Source: an uncultured Gammaproteobacteria bacterium (GTDB taxonomy: Bacteria > Patescibacteriota > Microgenomatia > 2-02-FULL-39-11). From it: 64,000 nucleotides of DNA. Of this stretch, positions 8,875 to 17,838 are shown piece by piece. The first letter of the stretch is position 1. Every line of letters begins with the position of its first letter. The position numbers were made by a program, and so were the translations under genes. Location: assembly GCA_964544585.1 (NCBI GenBank), contig CAZJBV010000001.1, positions 119,717 to 183,716 of the forward strand, in the 5' to 3' direction. The notes below the pieces were generated by a model. The model was not told the DNA's origin. It made no database searches and saw nothing but the letters and a program-made list of their open reading frames with translations.

Positions 8875-9440
8875 ATCGGTAATGTTAAGTCGACGGAAGT
8901 AAAACTTTTCCCTCGGGTGGCCCAATCGACTTTTATTTCTCGCCTTCCTTTGGCATCGAGGAAATACAAAGCGCCATATTTTTTGCCGTATTCGTAAAGA
9001 CTCCTGGTGATTTTAACATCTGAAAGGCAATATTGGCAAAGAGCGTCCCACTCTCCTTTTTTGAAGTACTCAATGGCTTTTAGTCCATGACCCTGCTTTT
9101 TTGTTCCAATTGTGGCTTTCGCAAGATCATCGAGGGCAACTCTAAAGCCGAGAGCTTTTTGGGCATCTTCGATAATATCAAGAACGGGAAATTTGAAAAT
9201 ATTACCGAGATAGTAAGGGGCAAGAACTTCGAGATCAAATTTGCGAATATTGAATCCGACTAAAAGTGAAGCGTGCTCTAATTTTTTAAAGAGATAGATT
9301 AAATCTTTTTCCAGATATGTTTCAAACTTGTTTGTGGCATAATCATAAATTCCCACAACTGAAACTTTGAGTTTTCTGTGGTCGTAGCCTACATCGGTAA
9401 AGAGATTTTGTGTTTCTAAATCAAGAACTATTGGGTGCAT
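8871..9440 (-). CDS. DEDD-family 3'-5' exonuclease (DnaQ-like fold)
   Basis: Has the N-terminal Exo I motif VLDLETQ and length and pattern consistent with RNase T/oligoribonuclease-like exonucleases. Confidence 0.55.
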   Translation of the reverse strand: MHPIVLDLETQNLFTDVGYDHRKLKVSVVGIYDYATNKFETYLEKDLIYLFKKLEHASLLVGFNIRKFDLEVLAPYYLGNIFKFPVLDIIEDAQKALGFRVALDDLAKATIGTKKQGHGLKAIEYFKKGEWDALCQYCLSDVKITRSLYEYGKKYGALYFLDAKGRREIKVDWATRGKSFTSVDLTLPI

Positions 9441-9446
9441 AGAAGT

Positions 9447-9983
9447 TTAGAACTTAAATTTTTGCAGAGCGATTTTGAGCCAGGGAGTATATTGATCAGG
9501 TTTTGCCTCTATATTTTTTTTCAGATCTTCAATTTTTACTTGTTGTGTCTGGGTAATTTCAACAGGATTGGGATGAATGACTTTATCAGTTTTCCCAACT
9601 AAAACATGGCAGTATTCATTTTCGCAACTTTGGCCATATTTGGCGAAATAATAAAACGCACCTAAATCTTTAAATTCAACTTCGACGCCTAATTCTTCTA
9701 ACCCACGTCGTTTGGCTGCACTTGTGACTGTCTCGCCTGGAAGGACATGACTAACTACTGATGCATCCCAAAATTTATTCCACAATGATTTTTTATCGCT
9801 TCTTTTTTGTAGAAAAATAAAGTCTTCCTCTGTGTAAAGTAAGGCTAGAAAGGCCAAATGGGGAATACCTTTTTCGAAATGGCATTGCCTGCGGGTGGCA
9901 GTGCCAATTATTCTGCCAATAGTATCAGTCGTTTGAAGAAGTTGATTTTCTCTTTCTCCTCTTAAATCATGAATATTATCCAT
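9447..9983 (-). CDS. NUDIX-fold hydrolase, IDI-1 (isopentenyl-diphosphate isomerase)-like
   Basis: The HLAFLALLY...LQKRS...W...ETV..AA.RR..EELGV pattern resembles type 1 IDI and the NUDIX fold. Confidence 0.45.
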   Translation of the reverse strand: MDNIHDLRGERENQLLQTTDTIGRIIGTATRRQCHFEKGIPHLAFLALLYTEEDFIFLQKRSDKKSLWNKFWDASVVSHVLPGETVTSAAKRRGLEELGVEVEFKDLGAFYYFAKYGQSCENEYCHVLVGKTDKVIHPNPVEITQTQQVKIEDLKKNIEAKPDQYTPWLKIALQKFKF

Positions 9984-10014
9984 AGGCTCCCATTATAGCA
10001 TCGAAAAATAAACT

Positions 10015-10040
10015 CACACGGCTTTAATTTAAGCCGTGTG
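10015..10040 (-). terminator. rho-independent terminator hairpin (cacacggctt-taattt-aagccgtgtg)
   Basis: A perfect 10-bp stem followed by a T-tract on the minus strand, immediately downstream of the small Pro-rich gene. Confidence 0.7.
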
Positions 10041-10061
10041 AGCTAAACTTTGTTCATTTTA

Positions 10062-10259
10062 TTACATTGCCGGACCCTGCGAAGGAGGTGCTGACGGTTG
10101 GCCACCGCCGGTATTGCCAGTATCTCCACCTGATGGCGGAGGTGTAGGTTGGGGTGGAGGCGGCATTGGACCTGAATCTCCCGGAGGAGTTGGTTGTGGT
10201 CCACCCGGAGTTTGACCTGGCATACCTGGAGCTGGTGCATTTGGATCTTGCTGCATCAA
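10062..10259 (-). CDS. small proline/glycine-rich protein (65 aa) in a GC-rich island
   Basis: A strong SD (ggaggtga) lies 7 nt upstream of the ATG. It is the only one of three overlapping frames with an RBS. Local GC is far above the genome background. Confidence 0.5.
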   Translation of the reverse strand: MMQQDPNAPAPGMPGQTPGGPQPTPPGDSGPMPPPPQPTPPPSGGDTGNTGGGQPSAPPSQGPAM

Positions 10260-10437
10260 TAATCACCTCCCTTCAAACGGGACAAAACCTATCGGTTTTT
10301 TCCCGACGATTTTCCCTAATTTGAATTTGCAAAGGGGAAAAATTCCAATCCACCCCTTTGCAAAGATTAGAACCTGTTTTTGTTTCTTTATTCTTCTTTA
10401 CAGTGTACTAAACGATCTCAGATTATACAAGAGTGAA

Positions 10438-10749
10438 TTATTTATTTAATTCATTTTCCATCCAGTTTTTGGCATCGCTATTTACTCTGGTTATGGGAGT
10501 TGCCGTCAAAACAAATGTTTCATAACTATGAAGTTTTTTTATTTCTTTTTCTATTTTTTCGAAATCAGATTCACGCCCATCCATCGTCAGTAATATTTCA
10601 TTTGCCTCTTCAACTTTTTCTTTCCACGGATATATTGAAGAGACAGGAATCCGTTTGGTGCAGACGACAAGATGTAATGAAATCAGGTGCGAAGCAATTT
10701 TTTTTGCTTCTTTATCACTCCCGCACGTAAGAAAATAGATGGCAAACAT
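10438..10749 (-). CDS. divalent-cation tolerance protein CutA-like
   Basis: About 100 aa with a CutA1-like pattern (C...A..IA..L.....V.C.....S.Y.W.G). Confidence 0.55.
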   Translation of the reverse strand: MFAIYFLTCGSDKEAKKIASHLISLHLVVCTKRIPVSSIYPWKEKVEEANEILLTMDGRESDFEKIEKEIKKLHSYETFVLTATPITRVNSDAKNWMENELNK

Positions 10750-10774
10750 ATACTAAATTTATTATACAGGAAGA

Positions 10775-11818
10775 TTAAAATGAGATGATATCGAGAATTG
10801 CGTTTAGAGGGTCTTTATTTTCTTGTAACAGCTCACCGGTTTCGGCGGAAACTATAACTTCTTCTTTTATAGAAACAGGAATTAATCCGAGAAGTTTTTG
10901 ATCAGAAATTCCACTAATTTCATAAACGGGTAGCTCATTTTGAAAACCTAATTCTATGACGCCTTGAATATTTGTCAGGCTTCCCTCCAAAACTTGGGAA
11001 GTTATGGCTTCGGTTCCCAAGCGATCGATGACATTAGCGGCAAGCATATTTTGTATTGCTTGATCGGGTAATATGGCAACTTCTTTGGTGCCGGCTGGTG
11101 TCGTAACTGTCAAAATATTTGTAGCCAGATCAACAGAGAGAGGAAAATTGGTTTGGGCGGCAAATTGTCCCCTGGAAAAAACCATTCTGTCACCGCCAGC
11201 AGTTGCTATTTTGACGACATTTTGATCCAATCTTTCTTCGATCTTAAATAATTCTTGTTCGCCAAGTTCGGATTCGGTGCCATCCTCATTTTCTGCTTTA
11301 ATGATGAGCCTGCCGTCTTTGGTTTCAAAGCGTACTTTTACTCCACCTGAATAAATATCTGTTCTAGTCTCACCGTCTTTAATTCTAGTTTTTATTTTTT
11401 CATCTTCACCAAAACGAATTTCAGTTTTTTGATCTTCTTGTCTTATTCTAATGCCTGATGTTGGCTGAACTGATTGTGTATTCTGGGATCCTGATGAGCC
11501 GTCTGAGGATGAGCCAGATGATCCGGAACCGGATGAGCCGGAATTATCATCGGAACTACCACCGTCGCCTGAACCTGAACTATCTCCCCCTCCACTACCT
11601 GACGAACCGCTACCTGATGAGCCACTTCCAGACCCACTTGATCCTCCACTATCTTCGCCTTCTTTAGCGTATACGGCGCCTAAAATATTGTCGTCTTTGT
11701 ATATGAGCTGACCTTGGCCGTCAACATACCATGCAGCAGAGATCTTGGTGGGAATAAAAAATGGAAAGGGAAAAAGAATAATTAGAAGAAAAATAAAAGC
11801 CGTATTCTTTTGGGACAT
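10775..11818 (-). CDS. secreted protein with Gly/Ser-rich low-complexity linker
   Basis: An N-terminal signal/TM segment, then a long SGSGSSGSG tract, then a beta-rich C-terminal domain. Confidence 0.45.
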   Translation of the reverse strand: MSQKNTAFIFLLIILFPFPFFIPTKISAAWYVDGQGQLIYKDDNILGAVYAKEGEDSGGSSGSGSGSSGSGSSGSGGGDSSGSGDGGSSDDNSGSSGSGSSGSSSDGSSGSQNTQSVQPTSGIRIRQEDQKTEIRFGEDEKIKTRIKDGETRTDIYSGGVKVRFETKDGRLIIKAENEDGTESELGEQELFKIEERLDQNVVKIATAGGDRMVFSRGQFAAQTNFPLSVDLATNILTVTTPAGTKEVAILPDQAIQNMLAANVIDRLGTEAITSQVLEGSLTNIQGVIELGFQNELPVYEISGISDQKLLGLIPVSIKEEVIVSAETGELLQENKDPLNAILDIISF

Positions 11819-11850
11819 TAATTAAGTATAGATTGAGAAAGATTATCGTG

Positions 11851-12663
11851 TCAAGAATTTGACCGGAAGAATTCGAGGGTGGTGCATTTGACCGATCCTC
11901 CGCCTTTGAAATATTCATTCATAGGTGTTTCAAAAACTTTTAATCCTTCTTTTTCCAGTGTCCTTTTTATATCTTTACTCATTCCCTTCCCTACAATTAC
12001 GGCATCATCGGTTGCTACTATATTACAACAAAAAAATGGGTTATCTTTTTTAGAAACTGTTATTACTTTGCGAAAATTCTTTTTTATTTTATCGATATCA
12101 TCATTTGAAAATGATGCTGGATGGATTATAACTTTGCCTTTTCCTAGAGGGGCAAAGCAGGTATCGAGGTGAAAGAAGTATGGATCTTTTTTTACCATAA
12201 AAGTAATAATTTTTTCTCCTAATATATTTTCAAGATGTCCGATTGCTTTTTTAGATGTTCTCCTGCCGTAGGCTGCGAAAAATTTACCATCTCTAAAAAA
12301 TAGATCACCTTGACCTTCAAAGTAGACATTTGATGGAAGAGTGGCTATTTTAAATTTTTTTTGGCGGAATAATTTTTCGGCAAAGTCCGATTCTTTTCTC
12401 CTTTGCTGGTAGCGGAAATTGGCTTTAATGAATAGATTGTCAATGACAAATCCGCAATTGGCAGTGTAAACCATATCAGGAAGGCCGGGTTCCGGATCCA
12501 TGATCCAGACATCAAGTCCGATTTTTTTGTAAATATTCTTGAGATTATCGAATTCTTCATGGGTTCTCTCGGGGTCGACTTTATTTTCCACGTGCATCCA
12601 GGGATTTATCTCGTATTCAATTTGATAGTATTTGGGCGGACACAAAAGGACTGTGTTGATCAT
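11851..12663 (-). CDS. amidinotransferase/DDAH-like guanidino-group modifying enzyme
   Basis: FHLDTCFAPL and the C-terminal GGGSVKCTT motif (catalytic Cys) are typical of the arginine deiminase/DDAH/amidinotransferase superfamily. Confidence 0.6.
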   Translation of the reverse strand: MINTVLLCPPKYYQIEYEINPWMHVENKVDPERTHEEFDNLKNIYKKIGLDVWIMDPEPGLPDMVYTANCGFVIDNLFIKANFRYQQRRKESDFAEKLFRQKKFKIATLPSNVYFEGQGDLFFRDGKFFAAYGRRTSKKAIGHLENILGEKIITFMVKKDPYFFHLDTCFAPLGKGKVIIHPASFSNDDIDKIKKNFRKVITVSKKDNPFFCCNIVATDDAVIVGKGMSKDIKRTLEKEGLKVFETPMNEYFKGGGSVKCTTLEFFRSNS

Positions 12664-12707
12664 ATTAGATAGGAATATACTACTTATGACGCATTAGTGC
12701 AAAAATG

Positions 12708-12779
12708 ACCTGCCTGCCGGCAGGCCCGCCTGCCGGACGGGCAGGCAGGTTGACATCGGATATTTGAAAGGACTACAAT
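12708..12779 (+). promoter_or_regulatory. GC-rich perfect hairpin abutting a sigma70-like promoter for corA
   Basis: acctgcctgcc...ggcaggcaggt forms an 11-bp perfect stem with an inner mini-hairpin. Its 3' arm runs into TTGACA, and about 18 nt later comes TACAAT. Confidence 0.5.
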
Positions 12780-12797
12780 TTTATTGAAATACGTTCT

Positions 12798-13820
12798 ATG
12801 AAACACACTGGTGGAATTTTCAATTTTCTATTTCCAAGGAAGAATGGCGCCAATGGACTTTCTGATGTGATAAAAAAAAATGCCGATCAGTCGGGATCTA
12901 AAGAGCATTTTCAGCAAATATCAATTCAAAAGACGAAGTTGACTGTCATCCGGCAACCAAAAGAAGAGCACGTAGAATTTTTACGCGATAATTATCACAT
13001 CCATCCAATCCATCAAGAAGATGTTCTGTCAGCGGTGCAAAGACCAAAAATAGACTTTGAAGACAATTATATTTTTTTTGTGCTCCATTTTCCCTGGTTT
13101 AATGAAACTACTCAACGAATTGAATCCAGAGAAATTGACTTTTTCTTTCTGAAAACTGATTTGGTGATTATTATTAATGATGATTATCCTCCGCTTGAAG
13201 AGATACTGGATGTAATTTTACATGAATCAACTGTTAAAGATAGATATTTTGCCAAAGGAGCAGGATTTCTTCTATATCGAATCATTGATAACCTGGTTGA
13301 TACAATATTTCCGCTGGTAGAACAAATAGAAAGAAGTCTAGAACAAATTGATAAAGATGTCTTTACAAAAACAGCAAGGCATGTAGTCAAGAAGATATCA
13401 TTTTTAAGAAGAAATGTTATCTATTTCCAAACCATGGTTAAGCCAGAAATGAATTCATTTAGAGCCATGGAAGAAAAGCCTCATCCCTTGATAAATAAGG
13501 AATTGAAAACATATTTTTCAAATGTGACTGATCATTTTAAAAAACTCTTTGATAGGCTGGAAGATGCAAAAGAATTGACTGATAATTTATCATTAACATT
13601 TGAAAACTATTTATCTTTTCGGACAAATGAAACGATAAAATATCTGACTGTTTTTTCGGCTATTCTTATGCCATTAACGCTTCTTACAGGCGTATATGGA
13701 ATGAATTTGAGATTTCTACCTCTGGCTTCCGATCCTAAGGCAATATTTTTATTTATGGGAATAAGTTTTGTGATAGTGGTATCAATGCTATCTTATTTTC
13801 GCTTTAAACATCTCATATGA
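12798..13820 (+). CDS. corA: CorA-family Mg2+/Co2+ transporter
   Basis: Has the YGMN motif before two C-terminal TM helices, with typical length and domain order. Confidence 0.8.
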   Translation: MKHTGGIFNFLFPRKNGANGLSDVIKKNADQSGSKEHFQQISIQKTKLTVIRQPKEEHVEFLRDNYHIHPIHQEDVLSAVQRPKIDFEDNYIFFVLHFPWFNETTQRIESREIDFFFLKTDLVIIINDDYPPLEEILDVILHESTVKDRYFAKGAGFLLYRIIDNLVDTIFPLVEQIERSLEQIDKDVFTKTARHVVKKISFLRRNVIYFQTMVKPEMNSFRAMEEKPHPLINKELKTYFSNVTDHFKKLFDRLEDAKELTDNLSLTFENYLSFRTNETIKYLTVFSAILMPLTLLTGVYGMNLRFLPLASDPKAIFLFMGISFVIVVSMLSYFRFKHLI

Positions 13821-14170
13821 GGCTTTTGGCAGAATGGATAATCAAAGCTTTTATACTCCTGATTACAACGAGATTGGTCCCTGGATTTACTATAGATTCA
13901 TGGCTGACTGCCTTGGTGGTAGCATTGGTTTTGGGAATACTCAATACTGTGTTGAAACCTATTTTGGTCCTTCTTACGCTGCCGGCAACTATATTGACTC
14001 TTGGACTATTTATGTTTGTAATCAATGCCGTGCTGTTAATTTTAACGTCAAAGTTTGTAACAGGATTTCAGATTGAATCCTTTGGGACGGCGATCATTGC
14101 TTCTATTGTGATTTCCTTACTTTCTCTATTGGTAAATATGGTATTTAAAAGCGAAGAAAAAAACTCTTGA
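13817..14170 (+). CDS. PF04020 (YvlD-like, phage-holin-4 superfamily) membrane protein
   Basis: A close pattern match to B. subtilis YvlD (LVPGF..D.WLTAL..AL.L..LN...KP.L..LTLP.T.LTLGLF.FVINA). Its start overlaps the corA stop (ATGA). Confidence 0.6.
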   Translation: MRLLAEWIIKAFILLITTRLVPGFTIDSWLTALVVALVLGILNTVLKPILVLLTLPATILTLGLFMFVINAVLLILTSKFVTGFQIESFGTAIIASIVISLLSLLVNMVFKSEEKNS

Positions 14171-14693
14171 GAACTTTGATTGCCTCTTCTGGATTTTTTA
14201 CGTACTGAAAATATTGGCCGAAATTGTGGTTTAAAAATCCTTCCGCACGCATTTTTTCCATGACCTGACCAAAGGGAATAAAATAGTCATCGATAAGAAT
14301 GAGGGGTTTGCCCTCGGGTACCTCCCCTTTCCTTTTAAGCGCTAAAACGGCTACTATCTCGTAAATAGTGCCAATACCACCGGGTAGTGAAAGAAAGGCG
14401 TCTCCGAGATTTAATAATTTTTCTTGACGAGGATTGAGGGCATCAAAAAGTAGATGTTGTGTAGCGTATGTGGAATGTACTCTGCCTGGAATTTGGAGTC
14501 TGACACCGATAGTTTTTCCCCCATTTTCAAAGGCGCCTCTCATGACTTCATTCATTAGACCTGGACCTCCTCCTGTGACTGTAACAAAGCCATTTTGTGC
14601 CAATAATTTCCCCATTTTGTAAGCCATGGTGTAATAATAATTTTCTCTTTCTTTTTTGACCTCATTGGCGGCAAAGACGACGATATTTCTCAT
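14145..14693 (-). CDS. LOG-family cytokinin riboside 5'-monophosphate phosphoribohydrolase-like
   Basis: Has the GGGPGLM and PGGIGTIYE signature motifs. Confidence 0.8.
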   Translation of the reverse strand: MRNIVVFAANEVKKERENYYYTMAYKMGKLLAQNGFVTVTGGGPGLMNEVMRGAFENGGKTIGVRLQIPGRVHSTYATQHLLFDALNPRQEKLLNLGDAFLSLPGGIGTIYEIVAVLALKRKGEVPEGKPLILIDDYFIPFGQVMEKMRAEGFLNHNFGQYFQYVKNPEEAIKVLKSFFLRF

Positions 14694-14882
14694 TAAGAAC
14701 TCCTTTCAAAATCCCATTTCTACTGCAAGCCTCTATATTCGGCTGCAAATGGTGCAAAATTCCTAGAAGTATATTGCCATATACTCCGTCGTCATTTCTT
14801 ACCATTTTCGCTCGAATATAGAGTCTTTCGCTACGAAAGCGGGATTATGAAATGAGTTCTGTTTCTGTATTATAATACTTTT

Positions 14883-15149
14883 ATGCCTTATATAAGAAAA
14901 GAAAAGAGACCAGAGGTGGATAAAATACTTGATCCTCTCATTGTATACCTTAAATCAAAACCGATGGAAGAGCAGGATGGGATAGTTAATTATGTAGTTT
15001 CCAAAATGATTTGGAGTTTATATCCTAAAAAATATTTTCACCTCAACCGCGCTCTGGGAGTCCTGACGGCAATTACTCATGAACTTTACCGCCGCATCGT
15101 TGCCCCATTTGAAGATGAGATGATTAAAGAAAGAGGAGATATAAAATAA
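14883..15149 (+). CDS. hypothetical protein
   Basis: An ORF with an upstream TATAAT-like box. No recognisable motif. Confidence 0.3.
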   Translation: MPYIRKEKRPEVDKILDPLIVYLKSKPMEEQDGIVNYVVSKMIWSLYPKKYFHLNRALGVLTAITHELYRRIVAPFEDEMIKERGDIK

Positions 15150-15720
15150 CTATTTCCCTTGTGCTGTCTTAAGGGCCTTTGCCCACCAGAGGAGTTCGTC
15201 TAAAAGATTTTGCAGTCGTTCATTAAAGTGACCTTTGAGTAGGTTTCCGTTTTCGTCTAAAGTATCTAATACATAACTTATATGAATTGATTGGCTTATG
15301 GGGGCCATCTGAAGTTCTATACTGGTAAGTCTTAGCTGTTCAACAGCGCGAATGCCTCCGGCTTGGTTGGGAGAATAACTTATAAAAGCAACCGGTTTTT
15401 TATTCCACTCGTAATAGACCCAGTCCAGGGCATTTTTTTAAAACTCCCGAAGTTCCGTGATTGTACTCCGGGGTTATTATAATAAATGCGTCTTTCTCAC
15501 CTATCTTGGCTGCCCATTTTTTAGCAAACTTATTTGTATATTTGCCTTCCAGTCCTTCGGGAGAATTTGATTCGTTGTAAAAAGGCAATGGGTAATCTTT
15601 CAAATCAAGGAGTTCGAATTCTATGCTTTTAAATTTTGGCAGTTGGGACATGAGCCATTTGGCGACTCTGCCTCCCCTTCTTATTTCCCTAATGCTGCCA
15701 AGAATTACGCCGATTTTCAT
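15149..15720 (-). pseudogene. NAD(P)H-dependent FMN reductase, frameshifted at an A7/T7 homopolymer
   Basis: The N-terminal 106 aa ORF ends shortly after TPEYNHGTSGVLK. Removing one A from the run at 15434-15440 restores ...VLKNALDWVYYEWNKKPVAFISYSPNQAGGIRAVEQLRLT... through to a stop at 15149. Confidence 0.6.
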
Positions 15721-15744
15721 GGGGGTATTATAGCAAATTTCGTT

Positions 15745-16068
15745 TTACAATTTTTTAGGTTCTAGTAATAGAAATACTGCTCTTTTTTTGGCCACAGGAC
15801 AATGTTTTATTCCCTTGGGGACGACGTAGCCTTCACCCTCTGCCAGCTCTATATTTCCCTTTTCCGTCTGAATTGTAACTTTGCCTTTATAGATAAGAAA
15901 GAATTCGTCATAATCGTGAGTATGCCAGTGAAATTTTCCTTTTACTGCAGCCGCCTGTAAAACCCAACCGTTCATAGACGCAACATCTATCGGCGACCAA
16001 TACTTTTCTCCTAGCTTTCTATCGATATCTTTAAGATTATATTTTGGAGGAAGTTTTTTTACTTTCAT
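15745..16068 (-). CDS. cupin domain protein
   Basis: The C-terminal 107 aa carry cupin motifs (HWHTHDYDEFFLIYKG ... G..VVPKGIKH). The N-terminal ORF extension has no support and is trimmed. Confidence 0.6.
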   Translation of the reverse strand: MKVKKLPPKYNLKDIDRKLGEKYWSPIDVASMNGWVLQAAAVKGKFHWHTHDYDEFFLIYKGKVTIQTEKGNIELAEGEGYVVPKGIKHCPVAKKRAVFLLLEPKKL

Positions 16069-16237
16069 TGGCGATATAATTTTTTGCTGCGGGACTTGGA
16101 CTCGGACCAAGATTACCAGATTCAGAGTCTGGCTGCCTACCATTAGCAGATCCCGCAATTTGTTATATTTTATCAAATTGAGGCTGAGATTACACTTTTT
16201 TATCCCTAGCGTAGCAGTGTTACAATAAGCACATTCT

Positions 16238-16513
16238 ATGGCAAATAAAAAATATTGGTCGGGGTATGTAACTAAACATAGTTTTGCGCTGGATTTGGAA
16301 GAAGGAGTGTTTACTTGGGATGATCCGAAGAAAATAGCTGCCTCACTTAAGAATTCTGCTGAGGACAGCACTCGACGCAAAGCATCACCATTTCAATCGG
16401 CAATGTCGATGCTTAATTTTTATATAAACCGGGCGGGCAAGAATCTGAAACCGGAGAGAAAATCTGTCTTGGAAAAGGCAAAGATGGAGTTGAGAAAACT
16501 ATATAATAGATAA
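16238..16513 (+). CDS. DUF3175 family protein
   Basis: The pattern DPKKIA.SLK.SAE.S.RRK..PF.SAMSMLNFYINRAGK matches DUF3175. Confidence 0.55.
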   Translation: MANKKYWSGYVTKHSFALDLEEGVFTWDDPKKIAASLKNSAEDSTRRKASPFQSAMSMLNFYINRAGKNLKPERKSVLEKAKMELRKLYNR

Positions 16514-17365
16514 ATGATCAAGGCGATAATACTGGACGTGGATGGAGTGATTGTAGGAGAAAAGATTGGTCACAATGCACCACATCCGCATGCTGAGGTG
16601 GTGCAGAGATTGGTGGAACTAAGAAAAAAGGGTATCGGTGTAGTTTTGTGTACCGCCAGACCTCATTATTCAATTCAAAAAATAATTGATGATGCAAAAC
16701 TTAATAACTTCCATATTACAGCCGGCGGTGCGGTGATCATTGATCCATTAGATAAGAAGATCTATAAGGCTTACCCTATCCAAAAGAAACAGGCAATACA
16801 AATTATAGAGACTTATTTGAATGAACAGGCATATACCGAACTTTATACTGTCGATCGTTATTTTATCCAAAAAGATCAGCAATCAGAGATCACAAAAAAA
16901 CATACTTTTACTTTGCAGAAAAATCCACAGATAGTTCCGTCTCTTGTAAGTGTGGCAGAGAAATATGAGACTATTAAAATACTGCCTATTGCTAAAGATC
17001 AATCCGATAAAACTCGACTGACACAAATTTTTAGACCTTTTGAGGGGGTGGCAACCTTGAGTTGGGGTATTCATCCTGCAATTGCCCCTTTGCAATTTGG
17101 AAATATTACTGCTGCCGGAATATCAAAAAGAGAATCGGCTATGGAGGTGGTGAAGTCTCTTGATCTTTCGTTTTCAGAAGTACTTGGAATTGGAGATAGT
17201 ATGAGTGATTGGCAGTTTATGGAACTTTGCGAATATGCGGGTGCAATGGAGAATGCGAGTGAAGAACTGAAAAAACTGGTTTTGGCAAAGGGGAATAAGG
17301 GATACGTTGGCAAGTCTGTTGATGAAAACGGAATTTTGGATATTTTAAAGTTTTTCGGGATTTAA
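16514..17365 (+). CDS. HAD-superfamily hydrolase, Cof-like (IIB) phosphatase
   Basis: Has the N-terminal DVDGV motif, the C-terminal GIGDSMSD motif, and a cap domain in between. Confidence 0.75.
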   Translation: MIKAIILDVDGVIVGEKIGHNAPHPHAEVVQRLVELRKKGIGVVLCTARPHYSIQKIIDDAKLNNFHITAGGAVIIDPLDKKIYKAYPIQKKQAIQIIETYLNEQAYTELYTVDRYFIQKDQQSEITKKHTFTLQKNPQIVPSLVSVAEKYETIKILPIAKDQSDKTRLTQIFRPFEGVATLSWGIHPAIAPLQFGNITAAGISKRESAMEVVKSLDLSFSEVLGIGDSMSDWQFMELCEYAGAMENASEELKKLVLAKGNKGYVGKSVDENGILDILKFFGI

Positions 17366-17838
17366 TTTAATATAATAATTGATACGTTGAGGAGGGAGGC
17401 AAAACTTACCCAGAAAAAATATGGAATGAGTAAATATGCCGCAACTTTGGATATTTTGGAAAATTTTAGAATAGTCAGAAGGATAAAAATCCAGAGAACT
17501 ATGATATCAATAAAGCCGAGTATTGGAGAGTGCAGTCCAAAAAAGAGAAAAGACCAGAGGGAATTTAGAAAAAGCTGGATGACGAAAAATAAGAGTGCTG
17601 TTTTGACTAAATTTTTGTTGATTCCTCTTTCCCATATTAGATAGGCCGCGTAGCCCATCATAAAATACAGGACAGTCCAGACGGGACCGAATATCCAATT
17701 TGGAGGTGAGAAAAAAGGTTTGGCGAGGGTTGCATACCAGACAGGAATTGCATTTATGGTCACGGGAGTAGCTATGAGTCCAACTAATTCGCACAGTAAA
17801 ATTGTAAATATCAGCCTGGCAGGGTGTTTTACTCGCAT
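17362..17838 (-). CDS. tspO: TspO/MBR tryptophan-rich sensory protein
   Basis: A five-TM, 158-aa protein with the PPNWIFGPVWTVLY motif. Confidence 0.8.
   Translation of the reverse strand: MRVKHPARLIFTILLCELVGLIATPVTINAIPVWYATLAKPFFSPPNWIFGPVWTVLYFMMGYAAYLIWERGINKNLVKTALLFFVIQLFLNSLWSFLFFGLHSPILGFIDIIVLWIFILLTILKFSKISKVAAYLLIPYFFWVSFASLLNVSIIILN

Noticed and set aside
10043-10266. Two alternative frames (65 and 70 aa) overlapping the Pro-rich small gene
   Set aside because: Only the 10062-10259 frame has a canonical SD and ATG spacing. The others are by-products of the GC-rich stretch.
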